Shown here one piece after another: positions 32,101 through 41,994 of a DNA stretch of 64,000 nt. Every line of letters begins with the position of its first letter. Position 1 is the first letter of the stretch. The stretch lies in the NCBI GenBank assembly GCA_031459535.1, contig JAVKIJ010000006.1, forward strand, positions 1 through 64,000. Reading direction: 5' to 3'. The translations under genes and the position numbers were made by a program. The notes under the pieces are model-generated. The model did no database searches. It was not told the origin of the DNA and saw nothing but the letters and a program-made list of their open reading frames with translations. The DNA is from Candidatus Fervidifonticultor quintus. GTDB lineage: Bacteria; Sysuimicrobiota; Sysuimicrobiia; Sysuimicrobiales; Humicultoraceae.

Positions 32101-32122
32101 CCTGGTGCCGGAGGGCCAGTGA
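29111..32122 (+). CDS. SWI2/SNF2 helicase (DrmD-like)
   Basis: LIADDVGLGKT, DEAH, LTATPH, TDAASEGLNLQ and WNPNRLEQRNGRIDRYGQ; C-terminal coiled region. Confidence 0.92.
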   Translation: MAERMVRVGDRVAVRDRPWRVEAARDLGGGKTLLTLLPARGDGLSPLSVVAPPERVVPLPPEELRFDPAGIGPVVPWLRAHQALALKAIEDGLTAIQEGALSGARFGRVTLEAYQIAPVLRILAKPKPRLLIADDVGLGKTIEAGLCLLELMSRHRADRVLIVVPPGLIVQWQEEMLDRFGLKFMVIENAAGLARERTELPAGVSPWDLPQVRIITSMDYLKKDEVRRRALARPWDVVIVDEAHALAESGSPQNPYRTRRTRLGEDLRDRSRGLLLLTATPHNGYSHSFRSLIELVEPTAATLTGPQTRDRIERAMIRRMKRQIVRPDPQDGWIPAFPKRTVTPIPVIVSAREAELFRLISAYCSRTASEARGEEDEELISFAMQIIKKRAISSRLALVRTLENRLRALKREEEREEKPERSELRDYQAGLPLSDQQAERISRRILRSAIPKDERRRKAEVRKITEIQRLLAKLPPADPKVMALIAHLRAVLAEDPSAKVIVFTEYLDTLEAIRSALEKAGPPLAAAHVELRGGLTMRQRQQRQQRFEAPDVRVLLATDAASEGLNLQRACHRLVHFELPWNPNRLEQRNGRIDRYGQAHPPDIRYLYYPDSPEDDVLARLVKKIEEMAEARVSTPDVLGVALGLDLERRLVQVDPGDPAAAGRLLRDFEDRTGEFVGEVQPLLLPSGDPRDEIRRGLRVLTQAVPLLGDDLELEQFLLDILGPTAVRQSGEEGVFRIEVPRVFRGPGVAERYERATVRRSIAARTRPTEVEYLTPLHPLVQAIAAEARRRFIQVYPDDRGLPPRRLAARRIPAVERAGILFTFYGTIQGREGVIEEAILPVRVDLNGAVTGDLETDSRILRDRSRPGEVSAESLAPYGERFDNLLRAARTEAARRLAARAEQIRTHRRDLAERLRVDAEAYHADRLRELEEEEIRARGLIKDTGQVLLRIAEEQARYSIDARRAAVEAHLKARLEEIEAFAQVDEPEPPQPVGALFLVPEGQ

Positions 32123-35100
32123 TGGCGCTCTTCCCCAACCTCCGCAACCGCCAGGGGTTCTTCTCCGACTACTACCTGGGCACCGTGTTCGGCCGGGCGT
32201 CCGGACGTCAGCGCACCCTGGTCACCAGGGAGATCGAGGCGGCCTATCGGACGCTCGGACGTCTGCATGACCGGGCCGAGGGCCGGGCGCTCGATGCACC
32301 GTCCGTGCGGGACATGTTCGCCCGCCCGCTGCTTCGCGACGTCCTGGGTTTTCACGTGGGAGCCGGGGACCGACGCGTCCACCCGCTCTACGCGTCCGCG
32401 GACGACGAGGCGACCGGCCGGCCGCCCCTGCTGCTCGCCTACATCGGGGACTGGGACGAGGACCTCGATGCGGGCAGGAACTCCCCGCACAGGATGTTGG
32501 CCGAGCTCCTCGCCCGAGCGACCGCGGACCTCCGCTACGGCATCCTGGTCACTGGCGAGCGCCTCCGCCTGATCCGCCGCAAGGGCGACGGTCCAGCCGG
32601 CGCCTGCGTGGAACTCGACCTGCCGGCGTGCCTGGAGGCCGGCGACCGCGAGTCCTTTGCCGCCGCCTGGCGGCTGTTCTCGGCCCGAAACTTCACCCCC
32701 GGCCCCAATGGTGAATTGCCCATCCAGGCCATCGAGCGAGAGAGCCGCGAACACGCCGAGAAGGTCTCCGAGGATCTCAAGCGTGCCGTCTTTCAGGCCG
32801 CGGAGACCCTCGTGCAGGCGATCATCGCCGACCGGACCGCGCACGCCGAGGGGCCGAACCGGGATCCTGCCGCCATGTCTCCCGGCGAACTCGAGACCTA
32901 CCGCGACGCCGCCCTGACCTGTCTCTATCGCATCCTGTTCATTCTCTACGCTGAAGCCAGAGATGAGCCGCTGCTCGGCCACGCGCTCTACCGGGACTCC
33001 TACTCGCTGGACGGATTGGTGCGGGAGTTCCTCAATAACCGGATGGTGCCGTCTCCCAACCGGTTCGGTCTTTGGGAGCGCCTGCGGGCATTGTTCGCCA
33101 TCCACCACGGCGGCATGCCTGCCATCAACGGGCTGGAGCGCATTCCCGCACGGGGCGGCGACCTCTTCGACCCGGCAACGCCTCCCGGCCGGTTGCTCGA
33201 GGAAGTGCGGCTGGACGACGCCACGGTGGCCCGCCTGCTCCTCGACCTGGCGACCACGACGGCGCGCCGGGGCGTCGGGTACGAGCGGGTCTCCTTCCGC
33301 GAACTGGACATCGAGCAACTGGGCGCGGTCTACGAGGGTCTGCTGGAATTCGAGCCCAGGATCGCAGGTGGCACCACGTTCGAAGTTCGCGTCCAGGGTC
33401 GCACCTACGCTCTGGCCCCCGCCGAGCTCGTGCGCCTGTGCAGGGAGAAGAAGCTCACCCTCACAGGCGACGCGACGCTGGTCGAGGGTACCGGGGCGGA
33501 GGCCCTGCGCCCGCGGGCCGATCTTGAAGCCACGGAAGACAATTCGAGTGACGATGACGAGGAAGCCTCCGAAGACGAGGATACGGTCGAGGAAGAGAAC
33601 GAGGGCGTGCGGCGCGGCGCGTCGGTCGTGCTTGTGCGCCGACTGGAGCGCGGCCAGTTCCACTTCGTCCCGGGTCCCGGGCGCAAAGGCAGCGGATCGT
33701 TCTACACTCCGCTGCCCCTCGTACAGGACCTCGTCCGCCACGCGCTGGACCCGCTCGTTGAGGGCAAGACGGCCGCCGAGATCGAGTCGCTGCGCGTCCT
33801 CGACCCGGCCTGCGGCAGCGCCCACTTCCTGGTGGAGGCGATGCGCTTCCTGGGCCAGGCGCTGCACCGCGCCTACGTGCGCGAGCACGACGGCAAGGCG
33901 CCCCCGCACTTCCGCGCCACGGGTCGCGGATGGGACGCCGAATGCGAGGCCTCCGACGAAGAGGCACGAGCCTCGGGCTCCGAGGCCCGCGCCTGGTGCA
34001 AGCGACGGATCGCGGAACGGTGCCTGTTCGGCGTGGACCTCAACCCCACGGCGGTCAACCTGGCGCGCGTCTCGCTGTGGATCGAGTCCCTGGCCGGCGA
34101 CCGCCCGCTCACGTACTTCGAGCACCACATCCGCTGCGGCAACTCCATCCTGGGGACGTGGCTCGACCGGCTCGGCTCACCGCCGCTACCGGACCTGGGC
34201 ACTGGCCTGCCTCCGGCCCAGACGGGTCTGTTTGCCGAGAAGGCGAAAGAGCAGATCCGCGAGGCCGCCCGCATCCGCCGTCTCATCGACGTGGCCGCGG
34301 ACGCCGGCGCCGTCGAGCCCGACACCCTCGAGGAGTTGCGGTTCAAGGAAGAGCAGCGCCGTCAGGCCGAGACGCTCCTGGCCGACGCCCGCCTGCTGTT
34401 CGACCTGCGCTCGGCTTCTGCATTCCTCCCCGAGATCTGGGCAGAGCGAGAGGTCCTGCTCGGCCTCCTCGGCGGACCCGGCCGCCTCGCATCCTACGCG
34501 CGCAGCCGCCCCTGGTGGCAGCGCTTCGAGGAGATCAGAGCCCGCGAGCGCTTCTTCCACTGGGGACTGGAGTTTCCGGAGGTGTTCCTCGGGGATGGCG
34601 GGGCCGGTTTCGATGCCGTCCTGGGCAACCCGCCGTGGGACAAGATCAAGCCCGACCGCAAGGAGTTCTACGGCCGCCACGACGTGCTGATCCGCGCCTT
34701 CGTGGGCGGCGAGCTGGACCGGAGGATCCGCGAACTTCAGGTCGAGATCCCTGGGCTGGACGCGGATTTCGAGGCCTACGAGCAGCGGGTGAAGACCATC
34801 GCCGCCTACCTGAAGAAGGGCGGCGACTACCGGTTCCAGGACTGGGAGGTGGACGGCAAGTCCACCGGTGGCGACCCCGACGCCTTCAAGTTCTTTGTCG
34901 AGCGCGCCTGGGGGCTCGTCCGCGAAGGCGGGCGTGTCGGGTTCGTCGTGCCCTCGGCCATCTACAACAACGAGGGCTGCACCGGCCTGCGCCACCTGTT
35001 GTTAGAGGAAGCGCAGGTCGAGCGCTTCTACGCCTTCGAGAACCGGAGGAAGATCTTCCCAATACACGCACAGTACAAGTTTGTCAGCCTCGTCTTCCGC

Positions 35101-36174
35101 AAGGGTCGCCCCGACGGCGACGGCTTTCTGGGCGCCTTCATGCGCCACGACCTCGCCGAACTCGCCGACCCTGCGCCCAAGGACTTCATGGTCCTCGTCC
35201 GCCGTTCCGAACTCGAGCGCCTCTCGCCCGGCACCCTGGCCTTCCTGGAGTACCGCCACCCCCGCGACCGGGAGATCCTGCTCAAGATGTACGGCTACGA
35301 CAAGGACGGCAACCCCGTGAACCCCCGGCCGCTGTTGGGCGACCAGGGGCCTGGGACGTGGAACGCGCGGTTCTACACAGAGTTCCACATGACCAACGAC
35401 CGTGACCTGTGGACCGACCCGAAGACCGGCAAGCTCTACAACCCGCGCCAGATCCTCGGTCCCGTCTCCGGCACCACGACGGAACCGCCCTACTACGACC
35501 CCCGCGCCTGGCCCGAGATCCGCGCCCGCATGGCGGAGAAGGGTTTCTGGCCGCTGTACCAGGATGCGCACATCCACCAGCATGTCTTAGAGTTCAAGCC
35601 CTTCATGCGGTGGGTCAGCCTCGAAGAGCACCGCCGGAAGTATGGTGGCTTGCCGGCGTCTGAACCGAAGTTAGTGCTTCGTGACAGAGGCACGAATACT
35701 CACGAACGCATGGTCGTGGCAGCCGTCCTGCCGCCCCACTCCTGCTTCGGCCACTCCCTGAACGGCATTGAGGTCACGCACGGACTTCTTGATCGGCTCT
35801 GCGCCATTCTGAATACGCTTTCGTTCGACTTCCTTGCACGCCAGAAGAACAGCGGGCTCCATGTGAGCCCTTACATCTTGAAATTCTGCGCGGTGCCTCC
35901 GCCCGTAGCGTTCGAAAGCTTCAGTCGTATTCAGCCAATTCATGCGCCGCATCGAAAAACGTGGATCTATGAGATGCCCGAGTACTGGGAAACGCTGTGG
36001 GCTGTGGAGGAGAGCGTCGGATCAGCCTACGGGCTAGGAGCGGAGGATCTTTTCCACATAGTCGGATCGTTTCCGGTCTTTCAACGAGAGAGGCCCGAGT
36101 TCCACTCCTTTCTTCAAGACCGGATCACCAACCTTATACGTGGAGGCCACCTCCAAGCGGCTACAGGAGGGTAG
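32122..36174 (+). CDS. Large Eco57I/type IIG-like N6-adenine DNA methyltransferase (DrmMI-like)
   Basis: LGAVYEGLLE, GSFYTP, LDPACGSAHF, FGVDLNP and GNPPW; C-terminal target-recognition region. Overlaps the SNF2 stop. Confidence 0.92.
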   Translation: MALFPNLRNRQGFFSDYYLGTVFGRASGRQRTLVTREIEAAYRTLGRLHDRAEGRALDAPSVRDMFARPLLRDVLGFHVGAGDRRVHPLYASADDEATGRPPLLLAYIGDWDEDLDAGRNSPHRMLAELLARATADLRYGILVTGERLRLIRRKGDGPAGACVELDLPACLEAGDRESFAAAWRLFSARNFTPGPNGELPIQAIERESREHAEKVSEDLKRAVFQAAETLVQAIIADRTAHAEGPNRDPAAMSPGELETYRDAALTCLYRILFILYAEARDEPLLGHALYRDSYSLDGLVREFLNNRMVPSPNRFGLWERLRALFAIHHGGMPAINGLERIPARGGDLFDPATPPGRLLEEVRLDDATVARLLLDLATTTARRGVGYERVSFRELDIEQLGAVYEGLLEFEPRIAGGTTFEVRVQGRTYALAPAELVRLCREKKLTLTGDATLVEGTGAEALRPRADLEATEDNSSDDDEEASEDEDTVEEENEGVRRGASVVLVRRLERGQFHFVPGPGRKGSGSFYTPLPLVQDLVRHALDPLVEGKTAAEIESLRVLDPACGSAHFLVEAMRFLGQALHRAYVREHDGKAPPHFRATGRGWDAECEASDEEARASGSEARAWCKRRIAERCLFGVDLNPTAVNLARVSLWIESLAGDRPLTYFEHHIRCGNSILGTWLDRLGSPPLPDLGTGLPPAQTGLFAEKAKEQIREAARIRRLIDVAADAGAVEPDTLEELRFKEEQRRQAETLLADARLLFDLRSASAFLPEIWAEREVLLGLLGGPGRLASYARSRPWWQRFEEIRARERFFHWGLEFPEVFLGDGGAGFDAVLGNPPWDKIKPDRKEFYGRHDVLIRAFVGGELDRRIRELQVEIPGLDADFEAYEQRVKTIAAYLKKGGDYRFQDWEVDGKSTGGDPDAFKFFVERAWGLVREGGRVGFVVPSAIYNNEGCTGLRHLLLEEAQVERFYAFENRRKIFPIHAQYKFVSLVFRKGRPDGDGFLGAFMRHDLAELADPAPKDFMVLVRRSELERLSPGTLAFLEYRHPRDREILLKMYGYDKDGNPVNPRPLLGDQGPGTWNARFYTEFHMTNDRDLWTDPKTGKLYNPRQILGPVSGTTTEPPYYDPRAWPEIRARMAEKGFWPLYQDAHIHQHVLEFKPFMRWVSLEEHRRKYGGLPASEPKLVLRDRGTNTHERMVVAAVLPPHSCFGHSLNGIEVTHGLLDRLCAILNTLSFDFLARQKNSGLHVSPYILKFCAVPPPVAFESFSRIQPIHAPHRKTWIYEMPEYWETLWAVEESVGSAYGLGAEDLFHIVGSFPVFQRERPEFHSFLQDRITNLIRGGHLQAATGG

Positions 36175-36182
36175 AAGAACGG

Positions 36183-38096
36183 GTGGCGTGGGACGACAAT
36201 CTGTCAGAGGAGCAGCGACGGGCGGCAGCACATGTCGGCTCACATGCTCGCGTGTTGGCGGGTCCTGGCACGGGAAAGACCCTGGCGCTAACGCGGCGGG
36301 TGGTCCATTTGGTCAGCGTACGCGGAGTGGATCCTGACAGGATTATGGTCCTCACGTTCACACGCGCCGCCACCGCTGAGCTCAAACGCCGAATACGAGC
36401 AGAACTGACGGACGAAGCAGGCAGGGTCTTAGTCTCGACCCTACACTCATTTGCGCTGAGGATGATTCTTCAGCAGGGCGCGGGAACCCGACTGCCGGCT
36501 CCTGTTCGAATCGCCGACGACTTTGAGGAACGTTGGATCATTGAAGAGGATCTCAAGGAGTTGCTTGGGCTACCTAGAGTCCAGAAGGCTCGCGAGCTAC
36601 TCAAACTCCTCTCCGCCGACTGGGAGCGTTTGGCAGCCGACGACCCGGGCTACGAACCCCGCTTCCCCAATCCGCGCTTCCTTGGCGCGTGGCGAGAGCA
36701 TAGAGCTGTCTTCGGGTATACACTTCGGGCGGAGCTTGTATACCAGTTGAAACATGCGCTGGAGGAGGGCAGCATAGCCATGAGCCGCCCACCTCTGCAC
36801 ATCTTGGTCGACGAGTATCAGGACCTCAACGCGTGCGATCTGGCTGTCATCAATAGGCTAACATCGACGGGTGCGGAGTTGTATGTGGCTGGCGACGACG
36901 ACCAGAGTATCTATGGTTTTCGGTTTGCCAACCCCGAGGGAATTAGACGATTTCATCATGATTACGTGCCCAGCACTCCCCTTAATCTCGAGGAATGCAG
37001 GAGGTGCGACTCTCGCATCTTGGATGTAGCTCTCTACGTGGCTGAACAGGACCCTCGGCGTGAACCCAAGCGCTTGTTCGCAGCCGCGGGCGCCGGTACG
37101 GGAGAAGTACGAATTCTCGGTTTCACGGATCAGACCGAAGAAGCGATTGGCATCGGGCGCCTTTGCCGGTGGCTCGTGGGGAGCAGAGGCATTGCCCCGT
37201 ACCAGATCCTTATTCTCCTTCGAAGCGACCGCAACCGAGTGTTCTCAGATCCTGTGCGAAAAGCCCTTGAGAGGGAAGGCCTACCGGTCGCCACAGTCTC
37301 TGATCCACTGGAGCCTCTGGAGGTGGAACAGGGCAGGGAATTCTTGAGCATCCTCCGACTGGTTGTGAACCCCATGGACCACCTCGCTTGGCGCACGCTC
37401 CTGCAACTTCGGAACAATGGTGTGGGGGATCAGGCTCTAAGAGGTCTCTACGAACTCGCCAGGAAGGAGGGTCGTGGTTTCGCCGGAGCCGTAGAAGCTG
37501 TAACGGCGAACCCCTCCATGCTCGGTCGGCTTGGCACGAGGGTTGCTCAAGATGCAACGTCAATCGCAACGACCATCGGGAAAGCGGCGGGGAGACGGAA
37601 CGGTGACCTCGCCAGGTATGTTGAAGACCTAGCCGGGGTCCATGTGGCAGATCCTGAGCTTCGATCACGCGTGGTCGCCCTATTTCGTCGGGTTCTATCC
37701 GCTTCACCCACGGATGATCTTGCTCACCTTCTACGCGCCATCAATGTATCGTTGGATGACGTGGAGCAAGAGATTGATGCGGGAGCCATCAACATCATGA
37801 CAATGCATCAGGCCAAGGGGCTCAGTGCGGATGCGGTTGTCGTCATGGCCGCAGAAGACGAGTACATTCCTGGTCGGGCGACGGGCGATACGGAGGGTGA
37901 CGAGAGAAGGCTGCTGTACGTGTCTCTGACCAGAGCGCGGCACTACCTCTACGTTACTCATTGTCAGCGCCGCACCGGGGCTCAGGCGCATACTGGTCGG
38001 ATTCCTGGGCAGATACGAAGGACACTAACAAGATTCCTCAGCGGCGGCCCGATACTGTCCGCCCCTGGTGCTAACTACATTGATACCTTGCGCTGA
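36183..38096 (+). CDS. UvrD/Rep SF1A helicase
   Basis: AGPGTGKT, VDEYQD, GDDDQSIYGFR, MTMHQAKG and ERRLLYVSLTRAR. GTG start 8 nt after the MTase stop. Confidence 0.92.
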   Translation: MAWDDNLSEEQRRAAAHVGSHARVLAGPGTGKTLALTRRVVHLVSVRGVDPDRIMVLTFTRAATAELKRRIRAELTDEAGRVLVSTLHSFALRMILQQGAGTRLPAPVRIADDFEERWIIEEDLKELLGLPRVQKARELLKLLSADWERLAADDPGYEPRFPNPRFLGAWREHRAVFGYTLRAELVYQLKHALEEGSIAMSRPPLHILVDEYQDLNACDLAVINRLTSTGAELYVAGDDDQSIYGFRFANPEGIRRFHHDYVPSTPLNLEECRRCDSRILDVALYVAEQDPRREPKRLFAAAGAGTGEVRILGFTDQTEEAIGIGRLCRWLVGSRGIAPYQILILLRSDRNRVFSDPVRKALEREGLPVATVSDPLEPLEVEQGREFLSILRLVVNPMDHLAWRTLLQLRNNGVGDQALRGLYELARKEGRGFAGAVEAVTANPSMLGRLGTRVAQDATSIATTIGKAAGRRNGDLARYVEDLAGVHVADPELRSRVVALFRRVLSASPTDDLAHLLRAINVSLDDVEQEIDAGAINIMTMHQAKGLSADAVVVMAAEDEYIPGRATGDTEGDERRLLYVSLTRARHYLYVTHCQRRTGAQAHTGRIPGQIRRTLTRFLSGGPILSAPGANYIDTLR

Positions 38097-38235
38097 CTAT
38101 CTTCTGAACAGTGAAGGCGGCGCGAGAACACGTAGAACTCAACGGAGTCGGCCGCTAATGGCCCGAGAGCCGGGGTAGTAGTTGGGCAAGGATCAGCATT
38201 TGGTCACGCCGAGGCGGCTCTTGAACCCGGCGGGT

Positions 38236-41200
38236 TCACTGGTTGAGGTCCTCTCTGAGCCGGGCTCTTTCGTCCTCGCGTAGCGCCTCCCTCCAGTAAC
38301 CATCTGCAATACGGCGTAACAAGGCCGCGGTGCGCGGCCAGCGGTCGGAGGCGACCGTGGCATGACCTTGGTACCGCTCTGCATGTTTTCGCTCCTGTGC
38401 GCCTCCCTCGTAGGGATCCTTAACGATAGTCCCCCGGCTGTTATACACGCCGATCTCGATGCCGCGCTCGAGGTCTGGACTGGCTACTTCCTCAACGACG
38501 TCGCACACTGCCGGGTGTGGCCATCCGCCGTCGGGGCCGTGCGGTGAGCCGCTCAGCATCTGCCCGATCATCTCGTCACCTATGACCGCGCGGCCCCGTG
38601 CCTGAAGGAGCTCACGTGCCCGCCGGACCCATTCCTTGAGTCGGTCGCGGTCAACGGCGCCGTCTTCAGAAATCCCAGGAACAGTTCGCGAGGAGCTAAG
38701 GAGTTCGTAGCCGCGCTGCGCTTGGTCACGCTCATGGTCGGATACTTCCTTAGGTTCCTCGCCGGCAGCCCGGAACACGGCGCTGACGACCTCGACGAAG
38801 AAATCAGGGTTTCGCGCCAGCTCTCGGTGGAGGAGTTTTGGCGTGCGCCTGTTCCTAAGAAGAGGCAGGAAAGCCCACTCCAGCCTCGCAATCCACCCCT
38901 CCTCGACATCACCAGAGCTCGCAAGGCGGTCGAGAAGTTCGCCTACTTCATATCCAAACGAACTGTCCGGCCGGTCAGTGGGTGTTGATGTCTGTAGAAC
39001 ACTCTCCAGCGCCTCGGCCGCCAGAGAGGCAGGCGTCACCTCGCGATGGGCTAGAAGCTTGATCGCCGCAAACGGGCGGTCGTGCTTCAGGAAATTTCGC
39101 ACGGCCTGTGCAGCGTGAGTGTTGTTGATGCCGTAAGGCGAGACCAGGCGCCAATAGCAACTCTCGATCTCTTGCCCCAGGGTCGCGGCGAGATCCCAGG
39201 TCTCGGGGTCAGTTGGCATGCAGACAAGCATCTCGGCTCGCTGTGCAGGTGTCCAGCCTTGTCCGATTCCCTTGAGCTTCGCCGTGGCCCATTCCCGACC
39301 GCGGCTCGCAATGCGGCCGATGGCAAACCCCCGAGCAAACTGAGCACGGGAAACGTCGTTCGCAGCCAGATGTTCGGAGAGAAGGCCATCCTCTTCGACC
39401 TCGGCGAGTCCACTTCGTCCCAGGGTCACGCCTAGTTCGCCAGGGACTTCTACGGCGCCCACAATTGCCATGATTTCAGCGAGTCCGCCTTTGTTGTAGA
39501 GGGTGCGGACTGCTTCGAGGCGTGCGTGGGCTACGGCCTGCTCATGCGCAGCCCAATTCGCCTCGAGACCTTCGGGTAGGTCGGGCGAGTGACTGAAGAG
39601 CCAGCCATAGCGCGCCGTAGGCTCAGCAGGCTCCCAGCGCTCCATGATCGCAGCCAGGGGTTCTAGACGTACCTCGGGGAGCGCCCAATCCGCGTCGGGA
39701 AATGAGCGGTGACGGGCCACCAACTTGCGCAGACCATCCCAGATCCTCGACCGGTCCTCCGGACGTATGCCCTCGGGGTCGAGAGACCGCAGGCGATCCA
39801 CAGCGGCCTCGTGCGTGGCAGGTGGCAGACTGGGAAGAGCTGCGATGAGATCCTCCCAGCGACTACCACTCTCTCCGACATCCTCAAGCAGTCTTGCGGC
39901 TATCTCCTGGACGCCCTTGCGGAACTCAGCATGAGTGACCTGCTCTGGCTCGTCGGGGCGCCATTCACGCCACTGGGGCTTTGCCGTGGGATGCCCTACG
40001 TCGTGGGTCCTGGGGAGCAGCTGCATCATGAGAGTCCACGCAACCTCCGGCTCCCGATCCCGTAACGAATCGAGGACACTCAGCCTCTGCTCAAGGGTAG
40101 CCGCAGTCTGCGGTAGCCAAAGGAGGAAGATGGCGCGCAGGCTGGCTTGGGGACGATTCGCCAGTCTGCCGCCGGGATCCAACCGAGCAAGGGTGGCGAG
40201 CAGACGCGCGACGTATCCCAGGTACTGCGGGTTCCATGCGAGCGCCTCAAGTGCCCAAAGGAGTCCCGTGTGCGGCGAGGAGGCGAAGAGTCCATCGTCT
40301 CTGTCCGTGAAGACGTTCAGAAGGACAGGTTGGTCACCCGCGAGGCCTCTGTCGACCGCTTCAAGGAAAGCGTCTGGCGCAGCCTCGGCGAGAAGAGGAA
40401 GGACTGGCGAGAGAGAGGCCCAGATCCGCCAATCGGCGTTTGCACGCGCGAGAAGCCCGCGGACAATCAGCATCGCAAAATCGCGGACTGAACCACCGGA
40501 GCCGATCGCGACTTGTTCTCCCCTGGCTCCCATGATCGCAAGCGATCCTGCAAAGCCCTCCCGGATCAGGTCCGACCAACGGTGAGCATGGCCGAGGACG
40601 TTGGCCATCCACCGCTGTTCTACAGGAACGTCGAATCGGGGATCTGGGGTGCCGAGCACTTCCAGCGCAACCCGCTGGAAACGCTCCAAGTCGTTACGTG
40701 TGAGATAGCGGGCAAGCAGCGGCCAGGCATCTTCCCTTGAAACAAGATACCATGCGTCGCCGAATCGCCGGACCGGCGCGTCGGGCTCGTTCGCCCAACG
40801 CCCCAGAACCGTGACGACTTCATCGTACGAAGCTCCAGAAAGAGCAGCAATCGCCTCCTGGTCGCCTTCCGTCTTCTTGTCGTTCCAGGCGCCCGCGAGC
40901 AGTGCGGGCAGCAATGAGGAGCCATGCTCAGCTCGGGCCCAGACCGGTTGCTGTGCCTCAGGACTCACTGCCAGTTTCCTCCGGAAGGCAGTCAAACTTC
41001 TGCGGGCGAGCGCAGCGAGGTCACGCGCCCGTTCCGCGGGTAGCCCTGCAGCAACCAGAGCCGTCTCGACCTGATCCCGTGAGAGCGGAGGAACTGTGAC
41101 GGTATTCTGGTGGGCGCTGTCCCCGCGACCGAGAGGGATGAGGACTCGGTGACCGGCGCGAACGGCGTGTCCTACCGCAGTAGTGCTATCAAAGTCCCTC

Positions 41201-41994
41201 ACGAGGATCAACGGATCTGCACCTGCGGCCACTTGGTGCCATGCTCCTTCGCTTCTCACGACGACCGCTCTTGAGAGGTAAGCACGCTGCTCGTCCTCAG
41301 GGAGCATCTTGACCGCGGCCGCGAAGATTGCGAGGGCTTCCTCACGAGTTTCAGCCTGCAAAGCCAGCGCGCCTGACGGCGCACGTAGCCAGTCATGGAT
41401 ACGGCTGACGGCCTCACCACGTCCCGCCAAGACAAGAGCGGGAGTAGCCGCTGGCAGCGTCGTGGCTGCCCAATCTTCCCAGAAACCACCGAGGTCGCAG
41501 GAATCCAGTGGGCGCTTTCCGAGCAAGGTCGAGATCCAGAGATAAACGGCTGGTGCTTGCACGAGCCAAGCGGCGAGGTCATCGGCGTCGTAGGCACGGA
41601 CGTCGCGCCAGACGTGTTCGGCACGTCGTTCACCAGCCCACTGATCCTTCCCGGCCCATCGTCTAGGTGTCACGAATACGAACGTGCTGCGTGCAGGATC
41701 GAGGCCGCTGGGGGCCGCCGTGCGCCTCTCGTAGTCTTCCTGCGCCTTTCGCCTGACATCACGACTCGTTCCTAGTTCCCACCCCGAGATGCCGCCCGGG
41801 ACGAACACGTTGCCTTGCTCAGCCTCGACAATACCGTCCCACCCGCCGAGCTGGATTCCCTCTCCTGAGGGGAAGCTCGCCCGCGAGATCCGTGGGCTCG
41901 TCGCGATAACCAAACGCCGCACAAGCTCTGGAAGGACCTCCTGAGAGCCCCGGCGGTCCGCCCAGCGCTCAAGGTCAGTGGCGTTCACTAACAT
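38236..41994 (-). CDS. 1252-aa protein: N-terminal PD-(D/E)xK-like nuclease domain, possible degenerate NTPase-like region, long helical C-terminus
   Basis: GGWDG...GWELGT..K..DY..R and FVFVTPRRW pattern; intact long ORF with a GGAG RBS. Function inferred only. Confidence 0.75.
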   Translation of the reverse strand: MLVNATDLERWADRRGSQEVLPELVRRLVIATSPRISRASFPSGEGIQLGGWDGIVEAEQGNVFVPGGISGWELGTSRDVRRKAQEDYERRTAAPSGLDPARSTFVFVTPRRWAGKDQWAGERRAEHVWRDVRAYDADDLAAWLVQAPAVYLWISTLLGKRPLDSCDLGGFWEDWAATTLPAATPALVLAGRGEAVSRIHDWLRAPSGALALQAETREEALAIFAAAVKMLPEDEQRAYLSRAVVVRSEGAWHQVAAGADPLILVRDFDSTTAVGHAVRAGHRVLIPLGRGDSAHQNTVTVPPLSRDQVETALVAAGLPAERARDLAALARRSLTAFRRKLAVSPEAQQPVWARAEHGSSLLPALLAGAWNDKKTEGDQEAIAALSGASYDEVVTVLGRWANEPDAPVRRFGDAWYLVSREDAWPLLARYLTRNDLERFQRVALEVLGTPDPRFDVPVEQRWMANVLGHAHRWSDLIREGFAGSLAIMGARGEQVAIGSGGSVRDFAMLIVRGLLARANADWRIWASLSPVLPLLAEAAPDAFLEAVDRGLAGDQPVLLNVFTDRDDGLFASSPHTGLLWALEALAWNPQYLGYVARLLATLARLDPGGRLANRPQASLRAIFLLWLPQTAATLEQRLSVLDSLRDREPEVAWTLMMQLLPRTHDVGHPTAKPQWREWRPDEPEQVTHAEFRKGVQEIAARLLEDVGESGSRWEDLIAALPSLPPATHEAAVDRLRSLDPEGIRPEDRSRIWDGLRKLVARHRSFPDADWALPEVRLEPLAAIMERWEPAEPTARYGWLFSHSPDLPEGLEANWAAHEQAVAHARLEAVRTLYNKGGLAEIMAIVGAVEVPGELGVTLGRSGLAEVEEDGLLSEHLAANDVSRAQFARGFAIGRIASRGREWATAKLKGIGQGWTPAQRAEMLVCMPTDPETWDLAATLGQEIESCYWRLVSPYGINNTHAAQAVRNFLKHDRPFAAIKLLAHREVTPASLAAEALESVLQTSTPTDRPDSSFGYEVGELLDRLASSGDVEEGWIARLEWAFLPLLRNRRTPKLLHRELARNPDFFVEVVSAVFRAAGEEPKEVSDHERDQAQRGYELLSSSRTVPGISEDGAVDRDRLKEWVRRARELLQARGRAVIGDEMIGQMLSGSPHGPDGGWPHPAVCDVVEEVASPDLERGIEIGVYNSRGTIVKDPYEGGAQERKHAERYQGHATVASDRWPRTAALLRRIADGYWREALREDERARLREDLNQ

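Noticed and set aside
38137-38187. ACTCAAC...GTTGGGC attC-like pair inside the island
   Set aside because: Only 51 nt, weak pairing and no L boxes.
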